Source of the DNA: Mobula birostris
Taxonomy: Eukaryota
DNA length: 64,000 nt
Assembly: GCF_030028105.1 (NCBI RefSeq)
Contig: NC_092371.1
Coordinates: 25,968,439 to 26,032,438 of the forward strand
Reading direction: 5' to 3'
The notes under the pieces are model-generated. The model had not been told where the DNA came from, ran no database searches, and was given only the letters and a program-made list of their open reading frames with translations. The position numbers were made by a program, and so were the translations under genes. This document shows positions 1 to 11,835 of the stretch, piece by piece. Numbering within the stretch: the first letter of the stretch is position 1; every line of letters begins with the position of its first letter.

Positions 1-771
1 AATTCAGGAGCTAAAGATGTTTTAACCACTCCAAGCAAAGACCAATCTGAGATTAACTTGTCCATCATAAACTGCAGCAAGGGATACAGGTCAAAGGCTC
101 AAACTATTTGCATTCCAATCACTGACCAGATGGAGGTCACAAAACACAATGGGTCTTTTGACTTTTTTGACTCAAATACACTAAAAATAATATTATCATT
201 GTTTCTATTCCTTATCACTGTTCCACAAAGCCCATTAGTTCAATCCTCAATCTAAAAGCTCCACCCAGCTTATTAACATAGTTTACATAATATAGGCACC
301 CAGAATTTGATAAAGCTGATTATCCCCTCTGGGCAGTTAGTGACAACAGAGCCAAATTAAAACGTTCACAGACTGAGTGAGCTTAAATCTTGAGTGGGAG
401 GAATGTAATGAATTGCCATTGGATGTGATTGGACTGGAATACCCTTTGAGAAAAGGTATATAAATATTAGGGACAGTACAAGATCAATGGAAAAGCTGAA
501 CTACTTCAGCAAACTGTTGGACCAATACAATCAAATATCATTTTCTGGTGTAAAATTCTATCACATGTTCTGTGATACTCAAAGAACAATAGCCTTTGAA
601 TGTTGAATATTCTAGATGGTGACTAGTGTATCCTGTTTGCAAAAGGTGATGCGCGGCATGACATGAATAGGAATACGAATGTATTCCACATAAACACTAC
701 AGATAAGACTTTGCTTAATTCAGAAACAGCCGTACCAAGTAAGACAAAATGAAAAAGTGTTCTGCACTCAC

Positions 772-858
772 CCGACAAACAGGTCTGACATGAACAGCCT
801 GTGAGTGATAACTGGTATGAAATAACCGCTCAGCTTTCAGCAGCACTCCCAATCCTGC
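772..858 (-). CDS. PIGT: PIGT exon 5 ([29 protein letters not shown])
   Basis: Translated by hand (not in the ORF track); acceptor tgtgttcAG, donor GTGAGT. Confidence 0.95.
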
Positions 859-2053
859 CTGAACACAAAATATTTTTTTGCTCTTAGTAAGGAAGTATGC
901 AAGGCAGTAAAGAAAAAGCTCAAAATGTTGAACCTTTAAATATTAATATGTAACACAAACAAGCTCAACATTGCACATTAAAAGTGGTATGCATGTCAAG
1001 CTCAAAATATCATGATTTCTGCATATTGTTCCTCACACCTAAAGAATTACACACTTAGCAATACACATCAAATATCACACAACGCATCTAGTACATAACT
1101 GCCACACTCTAGATATCATTTCTGACACAATGCACATGTCTCATATCCAATATTCTTCTAGATATCTGGTCAGGGACAGATGTATGCATCTTAAAATGCT
1201 ACTGCCCACTGGATCTCAACTCTTCATATCAAGCACATGCTCAGTGCTAGTGGTTCAATGTAACAGACACCTGTTGTGCCTCAGATCTCACGTTGCATCA
1301 AACATGCATTCGTCATATCAGATACCAAACTTTGTACATGCTATAAAACATCATAATTCCTGTCTTCAATCAGCAGTCAACCTAGAACAAACGTTTCACC
1401 TTTAGCGGAGTTTTAGATTATTTTCCTTTGTACTTATTATGTATCAACTATTAAAGTCCAAAAATAATATTTATATAACTTAATTTAAATAATATTTATA
1501 TTATTTATTAAAGTATATTTATGAGGGTTACCCAATTAAATATTGTTAAAATCTAATCAATGGATATAGAACTTGGTGTAATGGGAATGGTCCAACAATC
1601 CTCAAGCAATATTACAATAGCAATACTCCCAATAATCGTCTATTCACAAAACAACTCTGCAGCTCCTGTCCCCTTCCTGAGCTCCCAAGTCATCGATAGT
1701 CTGACAAAAACAGTACCCGCTCTACAGCCTGGAAATTGAGTTGCTAAACAGCAGCAAATCCAAACTCATTCACATTTTGGTTCTGGGCTTAAATATTCTA
1801 ACCATCTGGATAATTAGCTACATAAAATCTCACACAAGGCTGATGCTCATTATAATGCAATAATCTTTGAGTACCCATAATAAATGATGAATTATCATAT
1901 GACTTCTACCTCATATTACTTCTACTGGTTTACTTAAAAGTAACTTGTGTAATTTAATTACTTCCACTTCTTCCTGACTCTAGATTTCTTTAGTCATATT
2001 TTATTTTCAACACCTTTAATGCTGTTCATTACTTTCACTCTAAAAAGATTTAC

Positions 2054-2154
2054 CTTTGAACCACACGGTAAGAGTTTCTTCCATGGTGTAAGATTTTCAG
2101 TGCACACAATCTCTCTTGGCAGTGCTGCATATCTTAAATAGTTATGATTGGTTT
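2054..2154 (-). CDS. PIGT: PIGT exon 4 ([28 protein letters not shown])
   Basis: Acceptor ccctacAG, donor GTAAAT; conserved [19 protein letters not shown] motif. Confidence 0.97.
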
Positions 2155-3079
2155 CTGTAGGGAAACAGAGCAACATACCATGCTATGAATACTATAAGTT
2201 GCAAACCAAGCAAGATAAAAGATGACAATGGAGTGAGACCAGTATTTCATCAAAGGATACCTCAACCAGGTACAGAACTATACATTTTGCTAGAAGTTAT
2301 TACGAAGGATCTGGGAACAGGAAATCAGAAAATCAAAATATAATCAGGCAGAATTAATGCAGGAAAATGTTTTGTTTTGACAAAACTAAAGATAGTCTAG
2401 AACTATTAGATGCAGTATTTTTCAAACTTCAGAAGGCAATCCACAAAGTGCACGTACTTGTCGAATTGGGAATAATACGTTAGCACGTTGAGGGAACTGG
2501 TCAACCAAAAACAAAAGTGTGAGGATAAATGAATCACTTTAGCATTAGCAGGCAGCAACCAAAAGAATAAAGCAAGAAGATGTGCTTTGACCTCAACTAT
2601 TTAGAATATCTAACGATAACTTTAAAAGAGGTGTGTGAGTGTAGCACATCCAAGTCTAATTATAATGTAAAGCTCAATTGAAAAACAAGCTTTGAGCCAG
2701 GGTATATATACAGTGGCATGCAAAAGTTTGGGCACCCCAGTCAAAATTTCTGTTACATTGAATAGCTAAGTGAGTAGAAGATGAACTGATCTCCAAAAGT
2801 CATAAAGTTAAAGATGAAACATTCTTTTCAACATTTTAAGCAAGATTAGTGTATTTTTTTGTTTTGTACAACTTTAGAATGGAAAAAAAGGAAAGGAGCA
2901 CCATGCAAAAGTTTGGGCACCCCAAGAGATTTGAGCTCTCAGATAACCTCTCAGACCTTAATTAGCTTGTTAGAGCTATAGCTTGTTCACAGTCATTGTT
3001 AGGAAAGGCTAGGTGATGCAATTTTCAAAGCTTTATAAGTACCCTGACTCCTCAAACCTTGTCCCAACTATCAGCAGCC

Positions 3080-4071
3080 ATGGGCTCCTCCAATCAGCTG
3101 CCTAGCACTCTGAAAATAAATGATCCCCACAAAGCAGAAGAAGGCTATAATAAGATAGCAAAGCGTTTTCAGGTAGCCGTTTCCTCAGTTCATAATGTAA
3201 TTAAGAAATGGCAGTTAACAGGAACAGTGGAGGTTAAGTTGAGATCTGGAAGACCAAGAAAACTTTCCGAGAGAACTGCTCGTAGGATTGCTAGAAAAGC
3301 AAATCAAAACCTCCGTTTGACTGCAAAAGACCTTCAGGAAGATTTAGCAGACTCTGGAGTGGTGGTGCACTGTTCTACTATGCAGCGACACCTGCACAAA
3401 TATGACCTTCATGGAAGAATCATCAGAAGAAAACCTTTCCTGCATCCTCACCACAAAATTCAGTGTCAGAAGTTTGCAAAGGAATATCTAAACAAGCCTG
3501 ATACATTATGGAAACAAGTCCTGTGGAGTTAAAATAGAACTTTTTGTCCTCAATAAGCAAAGGTATGTTTGGAGGAAAAAAGGGTGCAGAATTTCATGAA
3601 AAGAACACCTCTCCAACTGTTAAGCACAGGGGTGGATCGATCATGCTTTGGGCTTGTGTTGCAGCCAGTGGCACGGGGAACATTTCACTGGTAGAGGGAA
3701 GAATGAATTCAATTTATTACCCAGCAAATTCTGGAAGCAAACATCACACCATCTGTAAAAAAGCTTAAGATGAAAAGTGGATGGCCTCTACAAGAAGATA
3801 ATGATCCTAAACACACCTCAAAATCCACAATGGACTACCTCAAGAGACGCAAGCTGAGGGTTTTGCCCTGGCCCTCACAGTCCCCCAACTTAAACATCAT
3901 CGAACATCTGTGGATAGACCTCAAAAGAGGCCCAAGAATCTCACAGAACTAGAAGCCTTTTGCAAGGAAGAATGGGCAAAATTCCCCAAACAAGAATTGA
4001 AAGACTTAGCTGGCTACAGAAAGCGTTTACAAGCTGTGACACTTGCCAAAGGGGGTGTTACTGAGTATTGA
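3080..4071 (+). pseudogene. Frameshifted Tc1 transposase
   Basis: ORF fragments with SGRPRKLS, HRGGSIMLW, DNDPKHTS and WPSQSPNLNIIEHLW motifs split across frames. Confidence 0.93.
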
Positions 4072-4245
4072 CCATGCAGGGTGCCCAAACTTTTGCTTTG
4101 GGCCCTTTTCCTTTTTTGTCATTTTGAAACTGTAAAAGATGGAAATAAAAAAATAATCTTGCTGAAAATATTAAAGAAATGTGTCATCTTTAACTTTATG
4201 CCTTTTGGAATTCAGGTCATCTTTTACTCACTTAGCTATTCACAG

Positions 4246-4763
4246 TGTCATGTGTGACACCCAGCAGAGGTACCGGACTGATGATGCTAATGAGAGAGAA
4301 AAGAAAGACAATGGAGAAATATTCAAAATGCTAATACGAGAGAAGGGAGGGATTAACGGGAAAGGAACACAATTCAGCTATTGACAGAGCGGTTGCTTTG
4401 AACCTGAACTGTTTGAAGTTTGATAGACAGATGATACCCCAGCAGGGGGATAAAAGGAGCAAGTTTGCTAAGGCATGTGGCACACTACGAGACCCTGGGA
4501 AGAGCAGTGTGCCCCCAAAAGTTGGTGGGAGTTTGGAGGTCCGGTTCGCGGGAACCGACCAGAGGCTCACAGGGTGTAAAGGTACGATTGGTGGGAACCT
4601 GGGGTGTGTGTCCACCCTTGCCTGGGTGTCGGGTTCACCATGGAAGAACGATCATATGCGGAACGGAGGGGTCACAGTCGGTGACCACAGCGGGATAGAA
4701 GACATCAAATGGTCTGCCCGAAACCAACTGCGAAGACATCCAAAAGGTTTGCCTGAAATCAAC

Positions 4764-4804
<41 letters not shown>

Positions 4805-5583
4805 CAAAGGTACGACAACAGCAATTACTGTGAACTGCACTAAACTGAACTGAACTCTGCTTCATTTAAGACTGATCATTTTACCCCTAGACTGCAATAG
4901 AGCTTGGTTTGATTCCTATTACCCTAGTTCTGAGTATATAGATAGATAGATATACTTTATTAATCCAGAGGGAAATTTGGTTTTGTTACAGCCGCACCAA
5001 CCAAGAATAGAGCGTAAATATAGCAATACAAAAAATCCCAACAATCAAACAACAAAATGCAAACTATGCCAGATGGAAAATAAGTCCAGGACCAGTCTAT
5101 TGGCTCAGGGTGTCTGACCCTCCACGGAAGGAGCTGCACGTTCGATGGCCACACGCAGGAACAACCTCCCGTGCCGCCAAGTGTTGTATCACGGTGGAAT
5201 GTGGCCGAAGTCCAACAGTAAAAAGTGCAGTATCCAGTCGGCAAACACATTCCTCGATCATAATATTCTCCGGATTGCACCATCCGTTGTTAACCAGATC
5301 AGTAAGCACGAAACTCCTTTACGCTTACCGCTCTCGATGCACTTCTGGAGGGCCGGAACGGTATTAACCACCGGACTCCTCTTCTCCAAAAGTCTCTGTT
5401 GTCTCGACCCGGTCCCCTTTCCTCGTGTGTATTATCATTGCTAACCTGTTACATTTATATCCTTACGATTAGTGTACTGTATTACTTATTTCTTTAATAA
5501 AACTTTATTAGTTCCAGTAATCCAGATTCCAACGAGCGTTCCATTTCTGCTGGTTTGGCAACCCAGTTACAGGGTACGTAACA
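4246..5583 (+). mobile_element. Solo LTR inserted in the Tc1 right ITR, itself interrupted
   Basis: TGTCATG...CGTAACA termini; AATAAA near 5496; internal (CT)n; Tc1 ITR sequence resumes on both sides; TSD is imperfect. Confidence 0.7.
4939..5424 (-). mobile_element. Short non-autonomous Rex1/Babar-derived retroelement, copy A
   Basis: Reverse complement of most of 60511-61288; (TCTA)n tail after AATAAA; APE fragment fused to the ORF C-terminal fragment. Confidence 0.85.
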
Positions 5584-6819
5584 TAAGTAACAGAAATTTT
5601 GACTAGGGGTGCCCAAACTTTTGCATGCCACTGTACCAACTGTACCACTCAAGTGGATAAAGTGTGAAATTATCCACTAAGGTAAGAAGAATTCGTTTTT
5701 AAAAAGAAAACATTAGTAAGCATTGGTATCTGATAGATTTGAAGGACATTAATCATTGACAAAGGGTAACATGTAGGTATTGCAAGCAATTAGATAGGCA
5801 AATCAGGGAAAATGAAAGCTAGTTTGCCATCTGAGTGGTTGTAACCAACAAGATACAATCAGGTGCTGCCACTCAAACTTGCTTTGCTATTCAACCACTT
5901 TACCTCCATATCTCCATATCCTTCAATCTCCCAAGATGCCAAATTTATCTAGTTCACTGCTTGGATCTAGTTTATATACTAGGAATCTGACAGCATTCCA
6001 AGTTAAACTGTTTTGGCTAATCTCAACAACATTTAAATTCCTCAGAACTAAATGGATCATCTTTGAAACAAGTTTCTGTTATGCATTTGCTGATATACTG
6101 GTCAAAGTATCGCTTTTATTCAGATCTCTGTGAAATATTCCCACTCACAATGTCTGACCTTTATCATTGTCCTTCTTCATGATCCTATTACCCTTGATAA
6201 TTTCTTTATTATCAGGGTTACAACACCAATTCCCCAAAATAATTTCTGTCTTCAGAACAACTCATAGCCTTGCACATTTATTTCCCAACTTTGGTCTTCT
6301 TGCAACCATGACTCTGCAATGACAATTAATTAAAGCACATTTATGTCATTAGTGCCACTAATTATTTAATTTGTTCCATGCTGTGAATTTTGATCTTCTA
6401 TTAATGTGTCCAAAATTTGACTCTTTTAATCTACTGTTGTGGTGTTATAATTTAATTCTGACAACATGATACCCTTATCTAAATGACTAAACTATTCTTT
6501 TCCTTAGCAACACTGCCTATCATTCCAAATTTCCACTAACTTGAAAGCTTTACTCAGCATTTTTTTTATTTTCAAGCACTATCTATAGCCCCTGTTTTTC
6601 AATTGGACACTGGTTCTAGACAAGTTTGAATGGAGTTTTATCTAATGGAACAGCTCTTTCTGTGGGGAAAATGAGATTACACATTCTGGAAGGAAAGGGC
6701 AGATAATTGTTACTACCACTACAACGAAATTTATATTTACATGAACTGAGACTACAAAATATATTTTTACAGAGGGATATGTTGGCTCCAGTACATAAAA
6801 GTGAATAAATAGCATGCAC

Positions 6820-7260
6820 GTCAGCAAGCCATTAGGAAAGCCAGTGGAATGCTGAACTTTATTGCATGAGGTATGGTGTGTAGAAGGCAGTTTTGATGCA
6901 AGTTTATGGGGTGTTGGTGAAACTGCAGCTGGATGGAATGCTATGCACAGTTTTGGTGTCCACACTTAAGCACTGGAGGCAGTACACAGAAACTTTACAA
7001 GGTAGATTCCAGGGATGCAGGAGATGAAGAATAAGGTTGGTTGGGCCTATAATCACAGAAGTTTAGAATAAGAGATGATCTTAGTCTAAATTCTGAAGAT
7101 TCTGATCAGGATTTACAAGGTGGATGCTGAAAGAACAACTCCCCTAAGTGGGAGTATCTAGAACTAAAGGGCATAATTTCAATACAAGTAGTTGCGATTA
7201 GAAATGGAGGAAGTACTTTCTCAGAAAGTCATTAATCTTTAGAATTGTCTATTCCAGGTA
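6820..7260 (+). mobile_element. Degraded CR1 LINE 3' fragment
   Basis: Decayed match to the CR1 RT C-terminus seen more intact at 39683-40204. Confidence 0.6.
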
Positions 7261-7289
7261 GCATTCAACCACAGGCATATAATCAGGCA

Positions 7290-7850
7290 TGTGTGCATTG
7301 ACCCCTTCCTGAAATCAATGACCAGCTCTTCTGTTTAACTGACACCGAGTGAAAGGTTGTTGTCATGACAACACACCACTAGGCTATCTCCTTCTTGTAC
7401 TCTGACTCATTTGAGATTCTGACCACTACTGTGGCATCACCTGCAAACCTGTGGAAGGAGTTCGAGCAGAATCGGACCATGCAGTTGTGGGCACATAGGG
7501 ATTAGAGTAGGGCAATGAGGACACAGCCTTGTAGGGCACCAGCGCTGTTGCCAGCAGAGGTATTGCTGCCTTTCTTTACTAATTATGTTGGTTAGGAAGT
7601 CAAGGATACAACTTTTAAAGGTAGTGTTGAGTCCTAGGCTTAAGAGTATGGAGACAAGTTTACTTGGAATTATTATATTGATGGTGGAGCTGTAATCAAT
7701 AAACAATAGTCTAATATAGGTGTCTTTACTGTCCAGATGCTTCAGAGATGCGTGTAGGCCATGGAGGTGTCATCTGCTCTGGAACTGTTCCAGTGGTAGG
7801 CAAATTTCAGTGGGTTGAAGCTGTCCAGGAGGCTGGAATTGATAGTCTTT
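7290..7850 (-). mobile_element. Degraded Rex1/Babar LINE RT fragment
   Basis: [17 protein letters not shown]...ILDFLTN (Rex1 RT) in ORF 7437-7706. Confidence 0.75.
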
Positions 7851-7888
7851 GAACTAGACTTGCCCTGCCAGTATAGTCTGATACCTAC

Positions 7889-8016
7889 CATTAATAAGGC
7901 CAAGAGGTTTGAAAGAAGCTGTTGGAGTAACAGTGTTCGTTGAATCAATGAAATTAAGAGATGCACAGAACAAGCCTGAGAGAACATTAGTCAGTTCCTT
8001 CCAGGTAGTGTCAACA
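7889..8016 (-). CDS. PIGT: PIGT exon 3 ([39 protein letters not shown])
   Basis: Acceptor ttcttacAG, donor GTAGGT; conserved [12 protein letters not shown] motif. Confidence 0.97.
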
Positions 8017-9600
8017 CTGTAAGAAAAAAGTGTAAATATAACTGATCTAAAATTGTACATTTAGTTCTTAATGCACAAGAAAATATATCACAATCAAACC
8101 TTTGGATGCGTGTGAAAATCGTATCACCTTTACGCTCTGGCATTAATTTTAAGGTGGTGATAATATACACATGAAAACCTACTCCACACACCACTTAGAA
8201 CCACATTTAATGCACACCCAATGGTACAGTAATCAGACGTGCCAATTTACACCAAATGGCGGCTAACCCTGTATTTCAGGTTTCTGCCCATTAAGAACTG
8301 ATGAACTGATGTCACATCAGACTTCTGAAGTGTCAAAATATTCATGCATCAGCTAACACTAAATTCAAAGTCAATATTCAGAAACAAAAGGTCAATATGC
8401 AGCCCTGGTTTACTATCCAGTGTTACAGAATGTTCAATTTAGTGTTAATAACTGTGATTAATAATATAAAACCTGTTTAGAATTATAAAGCATTTTGCCA
8501 AGCCAAAGGAAGTTTTCTGCAAGTAGCATCTCTTGGCCAAATGAAAGGAGTTCAAAACATAACAGCAATTCTATTCTTAATTGCTTTCTTAAATATCTGA
8601 CTAACTAACTGAAAACCAAATACATTTCCTACAATAGGCTATGACATTCAATGACAAGTAACAAGATGGACAAGTTATCAGACCACATTAATGTTCAACA
8701 AGGGGCTGATGAAGGTCTTTGACATGAAGGATTAACTAGTTTCTCATTCCACATGTTATTTGACAGGCTGCGCTCTTCCAGTGATGGTTAGCATCTTGAG
8801 GAGAGGAGCAGAAGAGGGCTATGCACAACTGCAAAATCTGTGTGGTGCTCCAAACAGCCTGTCCGTAGCTTCAGTAGGATTACAACGTTGACACAGTAGA
8901 CAACTGCATTTGCTACTTTATTGGCACGTATATGTGAGGATGCACATTAGACACTTGTATATTTCCATACGACTTACAGAGCTTATGTTCATTCTCAGCT
9001 ATTTAATTCCCTAACCTACTTAAAGCCCATAATTTCACCACCAGCCACATACAGAAGGGGGAGGAAATCAGAACACAACGGGAAACCCGCATGGTCACAT
9101 GGAAAAAGTGTAAATTCCACTCAGACACGCAACAGATTCTGCAAGTCCACAGTAACAAATACAAAATGCTGGAGGAACTCAGCAGTTCAGACAGTATCTA
9201 TGGAAAGGAATCAACAGTCAATGCTTTGGGCTGAGACCCTTCATTGGGTCCTGATGAAGAATCAAACCCAGGTCAATGAAGCTGTGAAACAGCGACAATA
9301 TCTTCAGCTGAGAAGAGTTAGAGGTCAGAATTTACTGTTCGTTCAGATACCCTGGCCTTAACCTCCCATTATAAATTCCTGTGAAACGAGGAAAGGAAAA
9401 CAACACTCAAGCTAGTAAGGACACTACAGCCCCTCCAAAAATCCAGAGAGCAACAGCTTACATTACAAATTTGAACTTTAAAATGTATATAGGAAAACCA
9501 ACAAGCAGCACACAAAAATACAATACTCATTTAAAGGTATGTAAGCACACAAAATACAAGGGTTTAACACACTGTCACATCAAGACAGCTTGCCACTTAC

Positions 9601-9778
9601 TCTGTAACCGACGGCTGAAACCAGACCCAGAGCTCTGCCCCTGGTGGGGCTTGAAGGAAAGGCTGCCCCCACGCCGCCCGCCTCCAGAAACCGTGACTGA
9701 AAGAAAGGTGCAGCTCGCGCACAGCAAATTTGGAGAGTACTTGCCCCAGTGACTTCGGAAAGAGTCTGTAATGAGAGA
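9601..9778 (-). CDS. PIGT: PIGT exon 2 ([13 protein letters not shown]...[13 protein letters not shown])
   Basis: Acceptor tgtctgcAG, donor GTAAGT; characteristic HYRLFPK and [11 protein letters not shown] motifs. Confidence 0.97.
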
Positions 9779-10179
9779 CTGCAGACACAGCCTGGATATT
9801 AATATCAGTTGCACGAATATACAGCAGTGTAGCATTATCGCTTCATTCAGTGTGGTGATTTACTAATAAGCAGAAACAACACCAAACCTAAATACCTTTA
9901 AATGAGAACTCAGCAGCAGAGGAAATGGTGTAACCATTCCTACACAGTGCTTCTGGATCATGAATAACTTGCTTCCACTGTGGTTTTGTGGTGATTGATG
10001 CCAATGGGAGAAATCACAGGTTCTTTATCTGATGAAGCAGTGGTGACTACAGGGGTTATTTTGTGAGTAGTGCACTCTTGTCATTCCTTGCACAAGACCA
10101 TAGTGAAAGCTCTCTTTTCACTTTGAGTGGTCTCAGGAATCAGTGGGGACGGTGAATTTATTCAAGGATGCTTTGCGAA

Positions 10180-10506
10180 TGTGGGCAGCATAGTGGCTCA
10201 ACTAATGGAGCCACTGTCTCACAACATCAGAGACGGGGGTTCAATCCTGCCCTTGCATGCTGTCTTAGTGGAGTCTGCACACTCTCACTATGACTGGATG
10301 TGTTTCCCCATTGTTTTCTTTTCCTCCTGCATCCCAAAGAAGTACAGACTGGTCAGTTAACTGGCCATTTCAAATTGCTGTAGTATATTATCTGGGGCGG
10401 TGGATATTGATGGGAGTGTTGGGTGAACAGAAGATGGGATTGATATAGTTTTAGACTAAAATGGTTGCTGATCAGTTCAGACTCATGCACCAATAGAACT
10501 GTCTCC
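10180..10506 (+). mobile_element. tRNA-derived SINE (HE1/V-SINE-like) with CR1-type tail, PIGT intron 1
   Basis: A-box-like ATAGTGGCTCAACTAATGG and B-box GGTTCAATCC, then a V-SINE-like core (gtttcccc...cctcctgcatcccaaaga). Confidence 0.65.
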
Positions 10507-10749
10507 TTGCTTTTATAGTTCTGTATTTACTTCTTTGAAAGTATTCCTCTATCAGTCTGGTAACCTCTACAATGATAGAGCTGGGATATATATATCACCC
10601 ACTGCCTACCTCCTAACATTCCACTCTCCACCCACAGAATCTCCCCTCTCACCCCCACTACCAGACTCTCCACACCTCCCCCACCACTACAGACATTCCC
10701 CACCATCACAGATCCTGCCTGACAACAACCTCCCGACCTCCCTATGGAT

Positions 10750-11130
10750 GCCCTCCGCCCGTACTCCTTCCGCACTGTCCCTCCGCTACAGTTGGCCGAA
10801 ACTCACCCCGGCTCCGGCTTCCGTCTCCTCGCCCCGGCTCCACGTCCCAACGGCTGCGGAACTGAAAGCTGGCCGCCACATCGCCGGAGCCGAGCGGCTT
10901 CAGCACCAGCTCCTCCTCGAAGCGGTCCCGCTGTGCACAGTGACCCTGCTCCGGCTGCAGGGCCCAGCCAGCCGCCGCCAACAGCCCAGCGGCGACCAGG
11001 AGCCTACAGCCCGGGACTGAACTAGGCCCCATCGCCATGGGAACCGCCAGCGCCGGTGCACCTCTTCCGGGCGGACAGGATATTGCGTCATGTCCAGGGC
11101 AAGTCCAAGACAGTCCTCGGCGCCCAGTGG
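10750..11130 (-). promoter_or_regulatory. PIGT CpG island / proximal promoter
   Basis: GC- and CpG-rich stretch over exon 1; ETS-like CTTCCGG near 11064 and CRE/ATF-like TTGCGTCA at 11083-11090 just upstream of the ATG. Confidence 0.6.
10807..11038 (-). CDS. PIGT: PIGT exon 1 (signal peptide + [28 protein letters not shown])
   Basis: Hydrophobic leader then the conserved PIG-T motif; donor GTGAGT at 10806-10801; lies in a CpG island; the start could be the second ATG (11032). Confidence 0.95.
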
Positions 11131-11709
11131 TGGAGTGATAGGTGTTGCTCCTTGTGAGAGGAGGGTCTAATCAGTCGTCGGTATCTGCAATTAGGGACCA
11201 ATACTGTACCTCCTTCTGAGCAATCGATAGGGAATCAGGAATCGACAGTGGGCCCTGTGAACCGATATCGATTGCTCTTCTCCCCATGTTTTCCCTTATC
11301 CCTGTGCCTCTTTCACCCCTTCTCTTTCCCTGCCTAACGCCATCACCCTCATCCCTCTAATTTCCTTTATTCCTTGGTGTACAGTATTGTCCACCATCAG
11401 AGTCCTTCTTCAGCTCTTTGCCTTACCCACCTGTCACCTCCCAGGCTTCCCCACCTCTCACCTGAATTCACTCATAACTCGGCAGCCGCTGCTCCTTGCC
11501 CTCCCCACCCTTGCATTCTGTTTTCTACACCCTTTTTGTTGAAATGTGTTGCGGGTTGCCGCAGCACATTCTCAAGTGTTGGTAACGCTGTCTGTATCTT
11601 GTTTTACGGCGGTTGGCATCCAGCTTAATGGTGCATTACCGCCACCCTCTGCTCCAGAATGTGTACTAGACATATATTCTAAATCCCTTCACCCAATCGT
11701 GCACGCGCA

Positions 11710-11712
<3 letters not shown>

Positions 11713-11775
<63 letters not shown>
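11713..11775. repeat. (CA)n microsatellite in the LINE 3' UTR
   Basis: About 31 uninterrupted CA units. Confidence 0.98.
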
Positions 11776-11778
<3 letters not shown>

Positions 11779-11835
11779 CCCTACACTTTACCCTCCCATC
11801 TTTGACCATCCTAGTACCCTATTCCTGTTTATTCG

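Larger units (their letters stand above)
2711..5633 (+). mobile_element. Tc1-family DNA transposon (IR/DR type) in PIGT intron 3; right ITR interrupted by a solo LTR
   Basis: TA|CAGTGGCATGCAAAAGTTTGGGCACCCC ... GGGGTGCCCAAACTTTTGCATGCCACTG|TA; inner repeat copies near 2901 and 4080; long ITRs. Confidence 0.95.
772..11038 (-). other. PIGT: PIGT gene span (coding exons 1-5); the gene continues beyond the left edge of the window
   Basis: Five minus-strand exons (232, 178, 128, 101, 87 nt) with GT-AG boundaries splice in frame into a GPI-transamidase PIG-T N-terminal region. Confidence 0.96.

Noticed and set aside
4181-4865. Cluster of overlapping ORFs
   Set aside because: Inside the solo LTR and (CT)n tract; no protein motifs
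10180-10260. tRNA-like heads (also near 18860 and 19870)
   Set aside because: They are SINE heads followed by SINE cores and do not form complete cloverleafs
10535-11025. Plus-strand ORFs of 161 and 93 aa
   Set aside because: Antisense shadows of GC-rich PIGT exon 1; no recognisable domain
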